DNA of 64,000 nt from Rhina ancylostomus (GCA_030265395.1 JARFYF010000068.1:11309337-11373336), one strand, 5' to 3'; shown: positions 39,620 through 53,475, counted from the first letter of the stretch. The notes: a model not told the origin generated them from the letters alone. Made by a program: numbers and translations.

Positions 39620-39990
39620 GATCATAGAGTCAGTCATTGTGGAAACAAACCCTTCTACACAACGAGTTCGTACCTAACATCAACCATCTGTTTGCACTCA
39701 TCCAGTATTTATCGTATCCGATATTCTTCAGACAGTCTCATCGACATCCCCCCCCCTCCGGATTCTGACAATAACCTACTTGGCACAGAACTACCACTAA
39801 GCTGCACACCAGGGGCTATTTACAGAGCCAGTTAAATCATAATCCCTCATTAGAAACTGGAGCACCCGGAGAAAACACATGCGGTCACAGGAAAACATGC
39901 ACACGACACACAGCAAGCACCACAGTTTGTGATAGAAGCCGGATTTCTGGGGGCAGTGAGGCAACCTCTCTATCAGCTGCACCACGGTTC
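39620..39990 (-). mobile_element. SINE-like element (V-SINE-like core) in gene 5 intron
   Basis: gaaactggagcacccggagaaaacacatgcggtcacaggaaaacatgc...gcagtgaggcaac..tcagctgcaccac resembles the reverse complement of a common fish tRNA-derived SINE core. Confidence 0.6.
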
Positions 39991-41763
39991 CATCATCGTT
40001 CTCAAATTTTCTCAGTATTTACTTTCTACTATAATTTCAATTGTATTTAAATCTGTGTCATCTATCCACACAGCAACATAAATATTTACAAACGTGCGAA
40101 TAGAGGCAAAGTTCACTGCAATATTGTTGGGATGGCAAGTGCTTCTACTGCAGAACAATTAAGCGAACTAGGCAAGTACAATTTAAAAGAATGAGATGTA
40201 ATTTCATGGAAACGCACCAAAACTTTGACAGAATAAATGAGGAGTTCATGCTTTCTGCTGACTCTCAATTTAGCCAGTCTTACTGTATCAAAAATTGTGG
40301 TTGGCAGTTGAGAGCAGAGATGTAAACAAATATCTTAACGCAGAGGCTTGTAAATCTTTGTATGTTCTATTCAAGGGAGGGGACGATTAAGAGAAGCTGC
40401 CAAGCGAGTAACCATCTCTGTTTCTGGAGACTTTACTGCTCCGCTTTAAATGTTGTACAAATATACGACCATCCAATTCATTCAGAGCTGCAAGTCGACA
40501 AAAGGAGAGAAAATAAATAACCAAACGATTAACTTGGGGATTGAAGGTCTACTCAAGGTGCAGATTATTTCAAGTATAGTCGGGCCATTAGCGTACTCAT
40601 CCGTTGCCGAACTGAATTTACGGTGCTTTTCGGAGAGATTGATATTTTATCAATCGAAGGCATCCAATCACCTTTCTGAATACAGTAGCTGTGTTGCAAA
40701 TGGAAGTCTGATTTGAGATGGGTGTCAGATTCCCGCTCGCACAGCTGTAAAAGCCTATTCTGAAAAGAAAAAAAACATTATTGAAGGACTTGTCAGGTCA
40801 AGCCGCATTTCTGGAGTCAAAAGATGTAAGGCGATTCAAACTGTGCAACCGGTCTCTGCTGTTATTACCAGAAAATGCGGGAGTCGAGTACCGATGTGCC
40901 CAATGGAGTGTCCGAGTCACTCACAATCCAATGGTCCGCCAGAAATTGCAGCCGAATACTCAACCAACACCTGTTTTTATATTGAACTAATTTATCTGAA
41001 TGTAACGAGTTTTTGTTTCAGTATGAAACTTATATTTTAAGTATAATTGCTTGTCTGATTATTTGGGCATCATTTGAACGATTTTCTTTATAATTTTGTC
41101 GCTCTATGTACTTATCAATTCAGAAAATTATGACAGTGGGAACGGTCAAATGTTCTCGAACTTTCTCGTGCTCCCGCCATAAAGTGAAATTCAGTTCTTC
41201 ATTCTGTTAAAACGGGAGGAAAATATATAATCAGTTGAGAGTTAGCTTACCTGTCCCAGCACAAAGACAACGCAGTCGGGGTGAATAAGTGGGCGGAGAT
41301 TCGGATCTGGAGGCTCAGTTAAAGCTAATCCAGACAGACTAAAGATGTTCCGAGATGGCATCTGGAAGTATCTCCTCAGACAAAACAATATAGATTAGCA
41401 CATCGGATCCGATGTAGTATACATTATGAAAATACAAATATGGAAGGACAGATACATCTTGAGGTCGCTCTTGGCATAGATTTGCAGTTTGTTATGTGCA
41501 TTAATCCACACAATCAGAACAACATCAAAAGCATCTGGAAGATAGTTAAATCGGTCTCATCGAAGGTATCGAGGTAATCCCGAAACTGTTCAAGTTCTAG
41601 TTAGTCGAATATGTATATATTAGACCAACAAAACATCCGTTTGATTTGAAGAAAAGTTGAATATAATTTCCTACAACAAAACAACGACAAATTTCCTGCA
41701 AAGAATTGTTGATAGGTCGTTTATTTAATGTAAGAATTATAATATATTCCTTCTATTTTACAG

Positions 41764-42668
41764 CTAACATAGTGGCAATTTCCATTCTCTGCCGGGGGTG
41801 CTGCGGTCTTTCCAAATGCATCACCCGTTATCTGGTGGCCATGGCAGCAGGAGATCTAATGGTTTTGATCGTTGACGTGATTCTGTATGAAATCAAGAAT
41901 GTGTACTTCTCAAATTCATTCCTGAATTATACCCCCATTTGCAGTCTTAATCTGACCCTTCTATTTGTTTCCCTTGATTGTTCCGTCTGGTTAACCGTTG
42001 CTTTCACCTTTGATCGATTTATTTCTATTTGCTGTCAACGTCTCCGAATCAGATATTGCACTGAAAAAAATGCATCTATTGTGATAACCGTGGTGTGCTC
42101 CTTCAGCGTTTTAGAAAATGTGCGTACTTACTTTACGTATGAACCACGAGAAATAATTGACAATATGCCATGGTTCTGTGCTGAAAAGGCAAGCTGCTTT
42201 ACCTCACCTGTGTGGATCGCATTTCTTTATTTTGATCTTATCTTAAACCCATTTGCGCCATTTATTTTGATCCTACTGCTTAATTCAATAACCGTAAGGC
42301 ATATTTTAGTGGCCAACAGAGTAAGGCAAGGACTTAGAAAACACAATAATAGTGAGGGGACAACTGATTCCGAGGTTGAGAATCGAAGGAAGTCTATTAT
42401 ATTACTGCTCGCGATAACCGGTAGTTTTATACTACTCTGGATGGTAATTTTCATATGTTTTCTGACTATGACATTTACAGATAATCAGACGTTATTAACA
42501 ACCTACAACGATCCTTTCACTATTGCAGAGAAATCTGGGTACATGCTGAGAAGTTTAAGTGCTTGCACAAATACATTTATTTATGCCGTATCCCAGGTCA
42601 AATTCAGGAACGAAGTGAAGAATTTGGTCATTTATCCTTTCCATCTACTTCATAATTTACTTCAATAA
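41764..42668 (+). CDS. GPR139/142-like class A GPCR gene 5, exon 2 (spliced product 324 aa, intact)
   Basis: Acceptor ttttacag at 41763. Reads ANIVAISILCRGCCGLSKCITRYLVAMAAGDL...DCSVWLTVAFTFDRF...PWFC...RRKSIILLLAITGSFILLW...CTNTFIYAVSQVKFRNE. AATAAA at ~42665 and ~42878. Confidence 0.95.
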
Positions 42669-44532
42669 ATCAAGTGGATTCACAGAAAGTGTGTTACATT
42701 CAACACTAGAATGTTTTCCAATTGTCATCCTGTCGTCGTGAACTCGAAAAAGACCATTGCCATTTTAGCAGATTCTGTATTATGCGTGAATACCTGAAAC
42801 GCCAAATTATCAGGATATTATTCCTTTCGCAGAGATCATTTTAGTTTGGTTTAAACGCCTGACCTTATTCAGATCGAAATAAAATCAATTAAACAAAGTT
42901 GTCAACGATATTTCAAATGATTTGAAGCCTCACGGAACATTTGAAGTCCTCTTTTATCAAGAAAATAGGCGCCAACTCTTCATTTTGTTCAGAGGTTCAC
43001 CCGAACGCCTTTGAAACCATTGGTACGAAGCTACAATCTAATTTAACTCATTCATCTTCAAAGTATGAAATTAAAATTTCAGAGAAGTTCAGGCGAACGA
43101 TTCAGATATTTGAATCAAAGAGACATTCAGTAATCAAATGTATCAGATGAAATTACCAAGATGTTTGCCGTGAACATTCAATACCTCAGAGGATTGAAAC
43201 CGAATGTAAGAACACGAGAAAATATGAATATAATTTGGAAAACATCAATAACAAATGATTCTTACTGTACAGGTGGGGCATATCTTATAGGGTAAATTGG
43301 AATTTACTCTCATTAACAGTTGCCCTTTCACTCATTCTTCAGCCGAAGGTTCACGATAATCTCACAATACCACACTCATACTTAATTCCACTGGTGATGT
43401 GCGAACGACGACCGGGCACACCCAAAACAATTCAGATAATCCAGACATCAACGTGGAATGAACGCTGTATTTTTTTCGAAACTATGATTTATTTAACGGT
43501 AGGAACATCCCACACAATCTTGGAAAGGTAATCGCCATAACAAGTGAAGAAAATTGTGAAAAGGAATCAGTTATTAAATAGAAGATAAAACAGGATCGTC
43601 GAGGAACAGTTGAAAATATTTGTCTGAATGATGCATTGATATTTATGTTGTTCCAACTAATTTTGACGGAGGACTCAATTTGATATCAATGGGGTTTCGG
43701 TTTCGAAGCAATACCGAATAGAATTCAACCTTGAGATTTATCTTGGTCATTTTCAATTTGAAAGCCGCAGCTGGAAGAAGTATGACCAACTTTCCCTCCA
43801 TTTCTGCAAAGTATTAGTGCATCGAAATTGTTTAACACAGCTCTTCAACATAGCACTGCAGTAGCAGCAGAACAAGGAAGGTGTGTGACGCCATGTTGAC
43901 TCAGCCGAAGTTTAGAAAGTATGAGCAAATATATGCCCTCCACGTTGGATTGCATCTAAATCAAAGCCACATTCGGTAAATATAATTGCAAAATCAAATT
44001 CCCGAGTTGCTCTCCATACATGTTCAATATTGTAAAGGACTGAATTAAAATATGACAACGCGGTAACAAATTTACACTTTTGACAAAATATTACTGATAG
44101 GTTTTACTGTGCATTCAAAGCAGATCTCATTAGACGTAATCGAGTTTACTATCAAATTCATTGTCTGTACATACTTCTGATAAGGAAGGGTTTGGGCAGA
44201 ATGCCGTGGTTCCGGTAAGGATAACTGACGAAAGGCGTGGAAAGCTATCCTTTGAAAATAAAGTATAAGGAAAGTCTGATTGTAAAGTGAGATTTAAAAC
44301 GGCTCAGTCTGAGAACAACGGGACTCCGAACAGACGAAAGCACAGCATGCTTAAATTCTGCTGGGGCACTGAATTAACAAGAAATGTTTTAATCGTTCAT
44401 CAATCTTTGGAGGCGAGAAAATGGAGTTACCATTCGACTTATCCTCGTTTATTTGATTACGCGTGACACTTTGCAGAGTTGTTTCAAAGCAAAATGCAAA
44501 TGCATTGTAGTGGTGAGGCAGTTGGACGTATG

Positions 44533-45190
44533 TAGATTTGTCAAGGGCAACTTGTAAGTGGACAACAGTTAGTAGAGTGGATAATTCGGAGAATTAACCC
44601 CGTTTTCTTGAGAAAGAGGCTGAGGTAATAGGACAGAGTTAATCAAAACCATGAAGATGTGGGCGGTAAATAAATGGCTGAAACTAAACAGCAAGTGCTG
44701 GAAATCTGTTACAAATTTGGAGGGAAATGGGTGGTCGAGACTTGCGGTCACGGTCGATGAGAAGAAAAACAAATGAAATAGTTTATCTCAATCCAATCTG
44801 GAATAACATCATTAAAATGACGGAATATACACTGTTGTCAGTGCAGATATCAATTGGAATATCTGCCCAACATTGCAGTTGTAGTTAGTTCAACTGACAG
44901 ACCTGAAACATACTATTCCATTTTGGATTGACAGAAAATATTGCATTTGTTTTTCTTCTCACCGATGGTGCCGCAAAGTTATGCAACACATTACCTTCAA
45001 ATTTGCAGTAGATTTCCAGCATTAGCTGCTTAGTTTCAGCTTTTTGATTTCCGCCCACATCTTCATGGCTTTGATCACCTTTGTCGGATAACCTCAAACT
45101 CTTTCTCAATAACATGGTCAACAGCTTCCCCGAGCAATCCACTCAACTAATGGTTGATTATTTACAAGTTGCCCTTGGGAAATCCAAATA
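44533..45190. repeat. ~650-bp imperfect palindrome (fold-back element or MITE-like)
   Basis: caagggcaacttgtaa (44542) pairs with ttacaagttgcccttg (45162). ccatgaagatgtgggcgg (44649) pairs with ccgcccacatcttcatgg (45051). gagaagaaaaacaaatg pairs with catttgtttttcttctc. Confidence 0.93.
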
Positions 45191-45269
45191 AAAAGAAACG
45201 TAGATTTTTTTCCCCAGAGTGGAAGTGGTATTCCGGATGATTTTGGACTCTAAAATCGGGAAAATATTC

Positions 45270-45810
45270 TTTTGAAAAAGTGGTTATCCCTCTTCCATAT
45301 TTGATGGAGACGTCTCCCTCATATTATATTGTCCATTTTATACACCTTTTCTCTCATACACCTCTCAAGAGACAGAGCAGCAATATCGTTACCTTTCACC
45401 TCCCTGCCTCTGCATCCAACATATCATCCTCCGCCATTTCCTCCAGCTCCAAAGTGACCCGACTACCAGTTTCATTTCCCATTTCTACTCTCCGCGACGT
45501 CAACTGTCTTCCTGACTCCTTGGTCCACCCATCCAACCCCACCCACCCCTGACGACCTCTGGACCAGTACCCTGCAACCGGAGGATGCGTCACTTCCTCA
45601 CTTACCAACATCCAGTTAGCTATGCAACACTCCAAGTGTGAAAGAGGTATACCATCCACCATTCTATTCTGGCGTGCTGTTTTTGGGCCTCACTATCTGG
45701 CTGCTCTGAAAACTGAAAACAAAGGTTGGCCAGGACACAGTTCACCAGAGCATCAGCGCTCAGTACAAAACGGTCATCACACTATGCTGTTTTCAAGTCA
45801 CATTACAAGG
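45270..45810 (+). mobile_element. Penelope-like element fragment (C-terminal/GIY-YIG region)
   Basis: Decayed pieces such as VTFH..., aacatatcatcctccgccatttcctccagctccaa (HIILRHFLQLQ) and ttcaccagagcatcagcgctcagt resemble vertebrate Penelope elements. Confidence 0.55.
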
Positions 45811-47012
45811 ACCGACACTCGATTTCCCGCTCCACTGGAACTAGAATAAGCAGAAAAGGAGATTATTTTCCTTTTGCGCAGGCGTCAAAAACAAAGCACA
45901 AACAATGACAACCGTTTGGCAAAGAAACCAAACGTCGTGTGAGGAAAACGCTGTGCTTCGTTTGGTGTCGAATTCTGCAATAGCAATCGTGAAGATCCGA
46001 AATATATTGTATGTGTTTCTGGAGGCAAATCATTTCCATGGTTGTATTGATAGCTGGGGAGTGGGAACACCTGGATACTCATAGATGGAGCAGTTAAAAA
46101 AACAATGAATCGAATGTCATCCTTCCCACCTGCTGTTTTACTATGATCCTGTTAGTGTATCTCTCTTCTGAATTTCGTCTGCATGGGTTAATGATGCATG
46201 ACTATTAAAATTCTATTGGTTTCATCTCTCAGAATATTCAAAATGCACCATATTCTCACAGTGCTTGCCTTCGAATAAACAATGAGTCTCCTAGTCTTAG
46301 ATGTATTCATGTTCCAAACTGGCAAAAAAAGAAAAAAAGTGCAGCACATGCTCACCAGATAGCTGAGGTTGATGTGGTTTTGGGCGATTTGATATCTCAC
46401 CGCGGCATTTACCTTACCAGAAATTGTTGTGGTCCGAGCGGTGTCTGATAATATGACATGAAACGATCAGACTATAAGAAAATGTTATTAATCTTGGAAT
46501 ATACAATAACGCATAAATATTTTAACAGAACAGCACCACGCTGAAGCTTGTACATTTTACATAAGTTCCAATGTACAAAAAGAAAGCATTATCCTTTCAC
46601 CAACTCACTGCCGAGTCGCGTGGATTGCAGCGACCACAGCAGATTAGCGAATGCAAATTACATTTAACAGTTTTGACAGAAGTGGTCACAGATTGCTGCC
46701 AATTGTGAAGTACAATCACCTCTCAAAGAATAAAATATTCAGGAACAATTCACGATAGCAAATCGGAGGGAAAGTGTTATCAGGAACACGAATAAAACAC
46801 CTGTTGCATAAAGCATTAAACCCAATAACAAACAGTTCTCTGTGCCCTCAGCTGACACGTCAAGAGCCGAACCCAGATTCAAGGTCGGGATAAATAGAGT
46901 CAAAATAGCATGTATTTATTTTTGTTGCAGGCCATATTTATTGAGGAAACATAAACATCAACAATCCGTAGAAGCGGAGAAACTGCGGGAACAGGGTCCA
47001 CAAATGCCATTG

Positions 47013-47302
47013 TGTCACAATTTTGATCCAGAGCAAACTCATAGAGAACCCAAATGCGGCACACTGATACAAGACTGGAGTCAGGATACTTCCTCAGGAN
47101 NNNNNNNNNNNNNNNNNNNNNNNNNNNNNNNNNNNNNNNNNNNNNNNNNNNNNNNNNNNNNNNNNNNNNNNNNNNNNNNNNNNNNNNNNNNNNNNNNNNT
47201 CAGGTGTGCACAGTTATCTAATCAGTCCAGCATGGAATCCATGTGCTGGACAACAAGGCATTAATGGAGCCAAATTAGGAACCAGAACACAGAGCCATGA
47301 CA
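47013..47302 (+). mobile_element. Solo-LTR-like element (copy 7) with internal gap
   Basis: TGTCACAATTTTGATCCAGAGCAAACTC...gap...GAGCCATGACA. The flanks CATTG and GAGTG do not form a TSD. Confidence 0.88.
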
Positions 47303-48110
47303 GAGTGAGGGTTTTTAAGCTCTTGTAACTCCTCGCCGACGGTATTAACTTGAAGAAGGCGGTGAAGGTCCTTAGTGATGGAGGCCCTCTTCTTGAAGCA
47401 CCGCCTCTTTACGATGTGCTCGATGTCGGGGAGAGATTTGCACTTGATGGAGCTGGCTGAATCTACAACACTCTGCAGCCAACTTCGATCCTGCACATTG
47501 GAGACTCTTTCCCAGGCGGTGATTAAACAATACTCTCACCCGAAGATCTGTAGAAATTTGCAAGAGTCTCTGTTAGCTTACCATATCTCCTCAAACTCCT
47601 CGTGAAGTAGAGTCGCCGGCATGCCTTCTTCATTATTGCATCAATGTGTTGGGCTCAATGTACATCCTCTAGATTTCGACGCCCACGAATTTGAAGTTGC
47701 TTCCTTGTCCACCACTGACACCTCAATAAAGACTGATGCGTGTTCTCCTGACTTCCGCTTCTTGAAGTCCACAATGAGTTCCTTGGTTTTGCAAACGTTT
47801 AGTGCGAGGTTGGTTTTGTGACGCAACACAACCAGCTCATCTATCTCACTCATCTATGTCTCCTCATCGCCATCTGAGTTTCTGCCTACACCAGTGGAGT
47901 CTTCGGTAAATTTATAGATGGAGTTTGAGCTGTCCCCAGCCACAGTCGTGAATGCAGAGAGAGTAGGCTAATCTCGCATCCTTTAGATGTACCTGCAATG
48001 CCAGGTAGAGAGGACGAAATGTTCCTGCCGATCGACATTGACTCTGGTTTCTCTATAAGGAATTCGAGGATCCAGTTGTAGAGGAAGCTGCAGATGCCCA
48101 GTCATGAAGC
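47303..48110 (-). mobile_element. Rex1/Babar-type LINE reverse transcriptase fragment
   Basis: Minus-strand NLALNVCKTKELIVDFKKRKSGEHASVFI and LQSVVDSASSI..SLPDIEHIVKRRCFKKRASITKDLH match the Rex-Babar RT C-terminus. Frameshifted. Confidence 0.8.
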
Positions 48111-48349
48111 TTTCGTTCAAAAATGTATTTTATTCTATTTTAGTATGTAAATTATCCGCCAGAAGACTTAATGCAGTACTGATTAATATTTTCCTGCACG
48201 TTATTCTAGAGGAGATATTTTTTGTTCTAAATCTTTATTACATATGACACCGAGTGTCGTTTTCATTTAAATTATGTCCTCCACGCCGCAGAAAAAGAAG
48301 AATCTCTATGACAAAGCAATACAAAAAAGAAACAGGGAACATGAGCAAT

Positions 48350-48910
48350 CCACATGCGCCTCCAGCCTTCGCAGCCTTTCAGGATGATCATTGCTGAATT
48401 TCCTTTGGTCTTTTTAGCGCGTCTGTGCCAGTTTAACAAAAATGAATTCCATGATCTTTCAAAAATGTACATCTACTTCCCGGTTAAATATACCGATTGA
48501 TTTAGCCTCCGTGGTAGAGAATTGCAGAGAGTTACTGCCCTCAAAGACACGAAATGGCGAGAGACATCAGCTTAATTGACCGGTCCTAACTTTGTAACCA
48601 GGTACGATTGATCTAATTTCTCCCACTGGTGGAAACATGTTGGTAACAAACATAATATTCCCTACAGGACCCGCGATTGCAATATGATCATCACTTATTC
48701 TTCGAAATTTCGAAGAAAGCAGATCCAATTTCTTTAGCCATGTGTTATAGCCCAACCCTCTCATTGGAGGAATTAAACTGATCTCCGACATTAATCTGAG
48801 AATAGGAGCGACAAACTGCTGAACAAAACAAAGTTGCATGACTGTTTTGTAGGTATTGAACCTTATACAATAAACGAACACGGATGTTATCTGTCTTAGT
48901 CCTTGGTGCA
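48350..48910 (-). mobile_element. Decayed CR1 LINE 3' fragment
   Basis: LIPPMRGLGYNTWLKKLDLLSSKFRRISDD resembles the CR1 ORF2 tail (MIPGMRGLSYEERLxxLGLxSLExRR). Confidence 0.65.
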
Positions 48911-51900
48911 GTAGAAAATTTTCCTCATGTCATTTTATATATCTAACATTACCGAGTCGAATTAGTTGGCTAAAACATCGTTCATGTATCTGCTCATTCT
49001 AAAACGGATTGATTTTACTTCTGCATAATTAGTTCCATCTGTTCTCTCAGTTTTATGCCAGTTATGTACATAGGTCAATCCGTTCCACAGGTTCAAGTGC
49101 TAAATCGGTGCAAGATTAATTTTGACCGTGGGAGACAGGATATTGTTAAGGTTTATTGGAGTAGATTGTTTGCGGCAAAGATTCCGCAGACAACTGTCAG
49201 CATTTTATCGTGAGGTATTGAGAAGTCAATGCCTGCATGTCCCTGAGAGAGTGAAAGGCAAGGCTTGCCGGAGCAGAGAACCCTGGATGACGAGGAAGAA
49301 TGAGGACCTGGCAAGGGAAAAAAGGAGGCGTGGTCATGTACAAGCAGCTGAACATAGAACATTGCAGCTCAACACAGTCCCTTCGGCCGGCCGCGTTGTG
49401 CCGACATTTTATACTGCTCTGAGATCTATCAAACCATTCTCTCCCACATCGTGGTCCGTTCCTTTATCATTCATGTGGCTATTTAAGAGTCCTTTAAATG
49501 ACCCTAATGTATCTGCCTCAACAAGCTCTTTCGGCAGTGCATTTCACACACCCACAACTCTCTGTGCAAAAAAACGTACGTCGTGGTATCGAATATATGG
49601 ACAGTTTGCGGAGCAGAAAACGTATTTTGTCCTCATCCCACTGAAAGTGAAAGATATGGAATATTTGACAAAGTTGCAAAGTTCTTGAAAATTACAGTTG
49701 GCTGCATCTCAACATATTGAATTAAGGGGCAGGGAAATGGAAAATCGGATCATTCTAGACACCATTGTTCATCTCCAAACCAGATAGCCAGCAACCCTTG
49801 CATAGGATTGCTGATAAGGTGTGCATGATTCAACCAAATAGAAGTTTTATTCAGAGAACGTCCGTTATGCGTGTGACCAAGGAAGCCAGAGATGATCGCT
49901 TTGGAACAGAATACATCGTTCGGAATTCTTATGGATAAATTCAAACTGTTAAACAGGACAGATATACAGAAAGGAAACCAAAACCCGTATGGAATTAAAG
50001 ACAAATGCTGTTACGGATACTCAGCAAGTCTGGACTCATTGGTTGGAAGAAAAACAGAGTTAACTGGTCAACTCCACAAATGTTTCTGAGAACAGAATGT
50101 AAATGTTGTTTAAGTTTCAGACTGGTGACAATGAACAAATGAAATATATGATAAGATGAAGAACGTTCTTTTTTTCCAGATGGCAAGACTTATTTTATTG
50201 TAGAGCAAAGTTCTGATCAAGGTGGATGCGACCGGTGAGGAATGGAATTTTCGCTGGAAGTCTCGCGAGATACATTGGATACGAAGCCATTAATTTCGGA
50301 AATGGGGTATCGATTCCTCGTTAATAACTTAAGGAAATATTTCACAGCAGTGATCTTCACCGCATCACATTGCTCTCTCTATCCCTTCCACCCCTCGCAG
50401 TTTTAAATGCATTTAATTTCCCTTTTTCAGCTGCTAATGATAGATTTGGAAGAGCCACAGTGGTAAGGTCATTCAAAGGACCCTCCGCTCTTCCTATCCG
50501 CGCTACCCATCATTCCTTTAATGCTAATACAATTATTGCAACAGAGTTAAAATCCAACAAGATCTCATTATAAAACCACATTAAAAGCAGTTTTAATACT
50601 AGTAAGTATCTGTGAGGTGTCCAGATAAACCAAAGGCTGGATAATTAGAACTCTATTAGGTCCTGATTTTGCAGCGGACTAAAATTATAAATGCAAAAGA
50701 ATGCATTAAAAGATGAACCGTCGTATTTTTATTCGAACATATTATTTCCATGAACTGTTAACTTCATAAAATATGTACATGTGTTTAAAATGCAGGTAAA
50801 TCCGAGCGTCAGCCTATGTCTTAGCCGTACTCTTAAATGACTTCCCTCTGAACCCTCAGGTCTGATGCAGGGCTCGATCCAAAGCGTGAAACGTCCCTTT
50901 ACCTGCTCAGTTGTTGCCGATCCGCTGCATTTCTCTGGCAAATTTCCTTTCGCTCCAATCCCAGCATCTGTCTTATCTGTTGTATGCATTTTCAAAAATC
51001 CTAGTTGTAGAATACCCGACAAGGAACGAATAATAGGTAGTCATTTCCCTAAATTTACCTGTGATTTAATATTGCAGCAGTCATACCTGTATTCAAATAA
51101 TTTCGGGTTTTGGAAAGGGAAATCTCACGTTGCCCGTGTTGAAAACTGTATAACGGCTGTCCTTCAGAAACCAAGTTAAACGTGTTACCAAAATATGGAG
51201 GAAACAGAATAACTTCCTGAGATTATTCCCATTATCCAAAATAGTTTATGAATTTCGCTGATAACGGTAGACACCCGAACAAATGTAGAGTGCTTTCTGT
51301 CGGCAAAACACAATAGGGTCCATCTAACAAAAATGGTATCAGACTCGATTTAAGGTTCGTCTCCACGGAACCCACGGAAGGTGAAGGTACTTTACAGCCC
51401 AGCAAGGATGGAGGTTGGCCCCAGCAGCATGGAATGTTCGAAAATAAAGCTTTTGCATCCATTGTTAGTGAGGCGCAGACAGTAGAATTTAAAGGCAGTC
51501 ACTGATCATCAACGATGTTCGTGTGCACCACTTTAGCCTGAAATGTGTTCGATAAGTGAGTCTTTTTGAATTTATACTTGCAAGAATGCAAGTTTCACGG
51601 GAGAGTACCTGAAAAAAAAACTTGTCCCACCAATCGCCTTAAAGTTCAACACATCCTGCAATTGTTGTGTACACTGGACGTGTGAAATTTACCTATGAAA
51701 TGGTAAAAATACTACGACATTTTTTTTATTGATCACAGTTGTAATCACCTCGAATCCCTGATGTATAGCTGTCAGGAGGACGATTTTGGAATCTGTGAAG
51801 ATGGTTATTAGTTTACAAGAATGTTTTAGTAAGACTATTACTGATGTGCTATGTTGCGAATGCTTGGCAAGAGAAGATACATGACAAAACATGTACCACC

Positions 51901-53189
51901 ATCTAACCATGTATTATTATCAAAGAGTCAGAATTGACCACAAGATTGCAATACAAATGCTGCCGCGAGACTCGTTAGAATATTTGTAATTCATACAGTC
52001 AGGAACAATTGAAAGGCTATGGTTGTTGCTTCTGGGAATGCACAGATTTGTTATTTGTGCCGCGACTCCAGCAGCTACCTAACATCAGGAGAGAACTTTG
52101 GAAGAGTTAAGCGGTTAAGCAGGAACTGTCGAAGTAAACTGTAAGTCGACCTCTCAGGTGCAGATCTTGCAACGGGAGTTAAAGAGAACTGGAAAATAGT
52201 CTACATGGCTGGTTGGAGAGGTATGGGGCAAATCTTGGAAATAATAGGTGAAACCAAACGGCGGGGTTGAGGGATAGATTGAAGTTAGTGAGGCTGGTTG
52301 GAGCAGAGGCTGGGAAATGAGAGCTGGAACCACGTTGGGAGAGCGTACTATGTTTTTTGGTCCAGGAGTGGTGGTTGGCTGGGACACAGCTGGCAAGTGA
52401 TAAGTGGTAAAACATGGGGAGTGTATGTTAGATAGATTGAGTGGTGGGGTGCAATCGTGGCAGAGGCTGGTAGGCGATACGTGGGGACGGATGGGGATTG
52501 GATAATGGACATATGGGGCCAGTAAATAGGGCGCACGGGAAGGCCGAACAAACGGAGAGAAGAACTGTCCAGGGAAATGTATCACATCTTTGTGTTGTAA
52601 GGTACCTAAACGTGGCATGAATGTTTGTACATTCGATTTGTTTTAGTCTATCCATAGCAATAGAAGACATATATGTAGGTGCATGGTGGGAAGGAGGGGT
52701 AAAATTGCATGCAACAGGAAGCTCGAATTGACCGTTGCACACCCAGCTGCAGGACTCTGCAAAACGGTTGCCCAGTCAATGTTTTCTTTCACCAGTTTAA
52801 GGTAGGCAGCATCTCCAACACAGAATGCAGTAGAATGCAGTTTGGAAAAAGCTGCAATTAAATATGTTCCTCACCTGGAAGGACTGCTTAGAATGCTTTT
52901 TATGTTCCTCATAAATAATATTGAATCACTCACAAACGATATATTGTCAATATTGGCATAGAGTTGACGATTCCATGTGAATGCAACTGCATACGTTGAC
53001 AATCCTAAAGGATAATGCTATATTTATTTGTTTCTTAGGGAGAGTTAGTAACATGTTTCTGACAAATTTTCAAGCCGAATCACACTCTCCGAAATTGTGA
53101 ATGTTTTTTCCCCCTTATATTACACATCGAGCTTCTGACTGATACTGATACGAAGCGGAAATAAAGTAATATACAGGTCAATACATGTC

Positions 53190-53475
53190 TCAACCAATGG
53201 AGAAAGGGCCCTTTCAGGACAAACCACAGTAATTGGGCCATTTTACATTTGTTGACGAATGAAATTGATGAAATAGCTGTTTACAACTTACCAGTTGAAC
53301 CGTGATCAAATGCATTTATTAAACATTGCCTAATTAATGTGATTGAATAATTCAAATCATCGTTTGTGCTGAATACACTTCGAGGTTGCCCTGAGATATA
53401 AGTAACAGCTAAATTTACAAATCAGAAGATCCGTGTAGCTGTTAGACGAACCAGAGTCGTAGATTCCCTCCTATT
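53190..53475 (+). promoter_or_regulatory. Putative promoter of gene 6
   Basis: caaccaatgg (53191), TGAACCGTGATCA (~53296), CCTAATTAATG (53329) and TATAAG at 53397, 79 bp before the ATG. Confidence 0.6.

Noticed and set aside
49122-49688. 188-aa ORF
   Set aside because: A chimera of CR1 ORF2 remnant (REPWMTR) and a LINE/SINE tail; no coherent protein.
42700-51460. Possible additional GPCR gene in the long gap between genes 5 and 6
   Set aside because: No exon-1 (IYYPIL...GIP|gt) or exon-2 (WLTVAFTFDRF) homology was found by eye on either strand.
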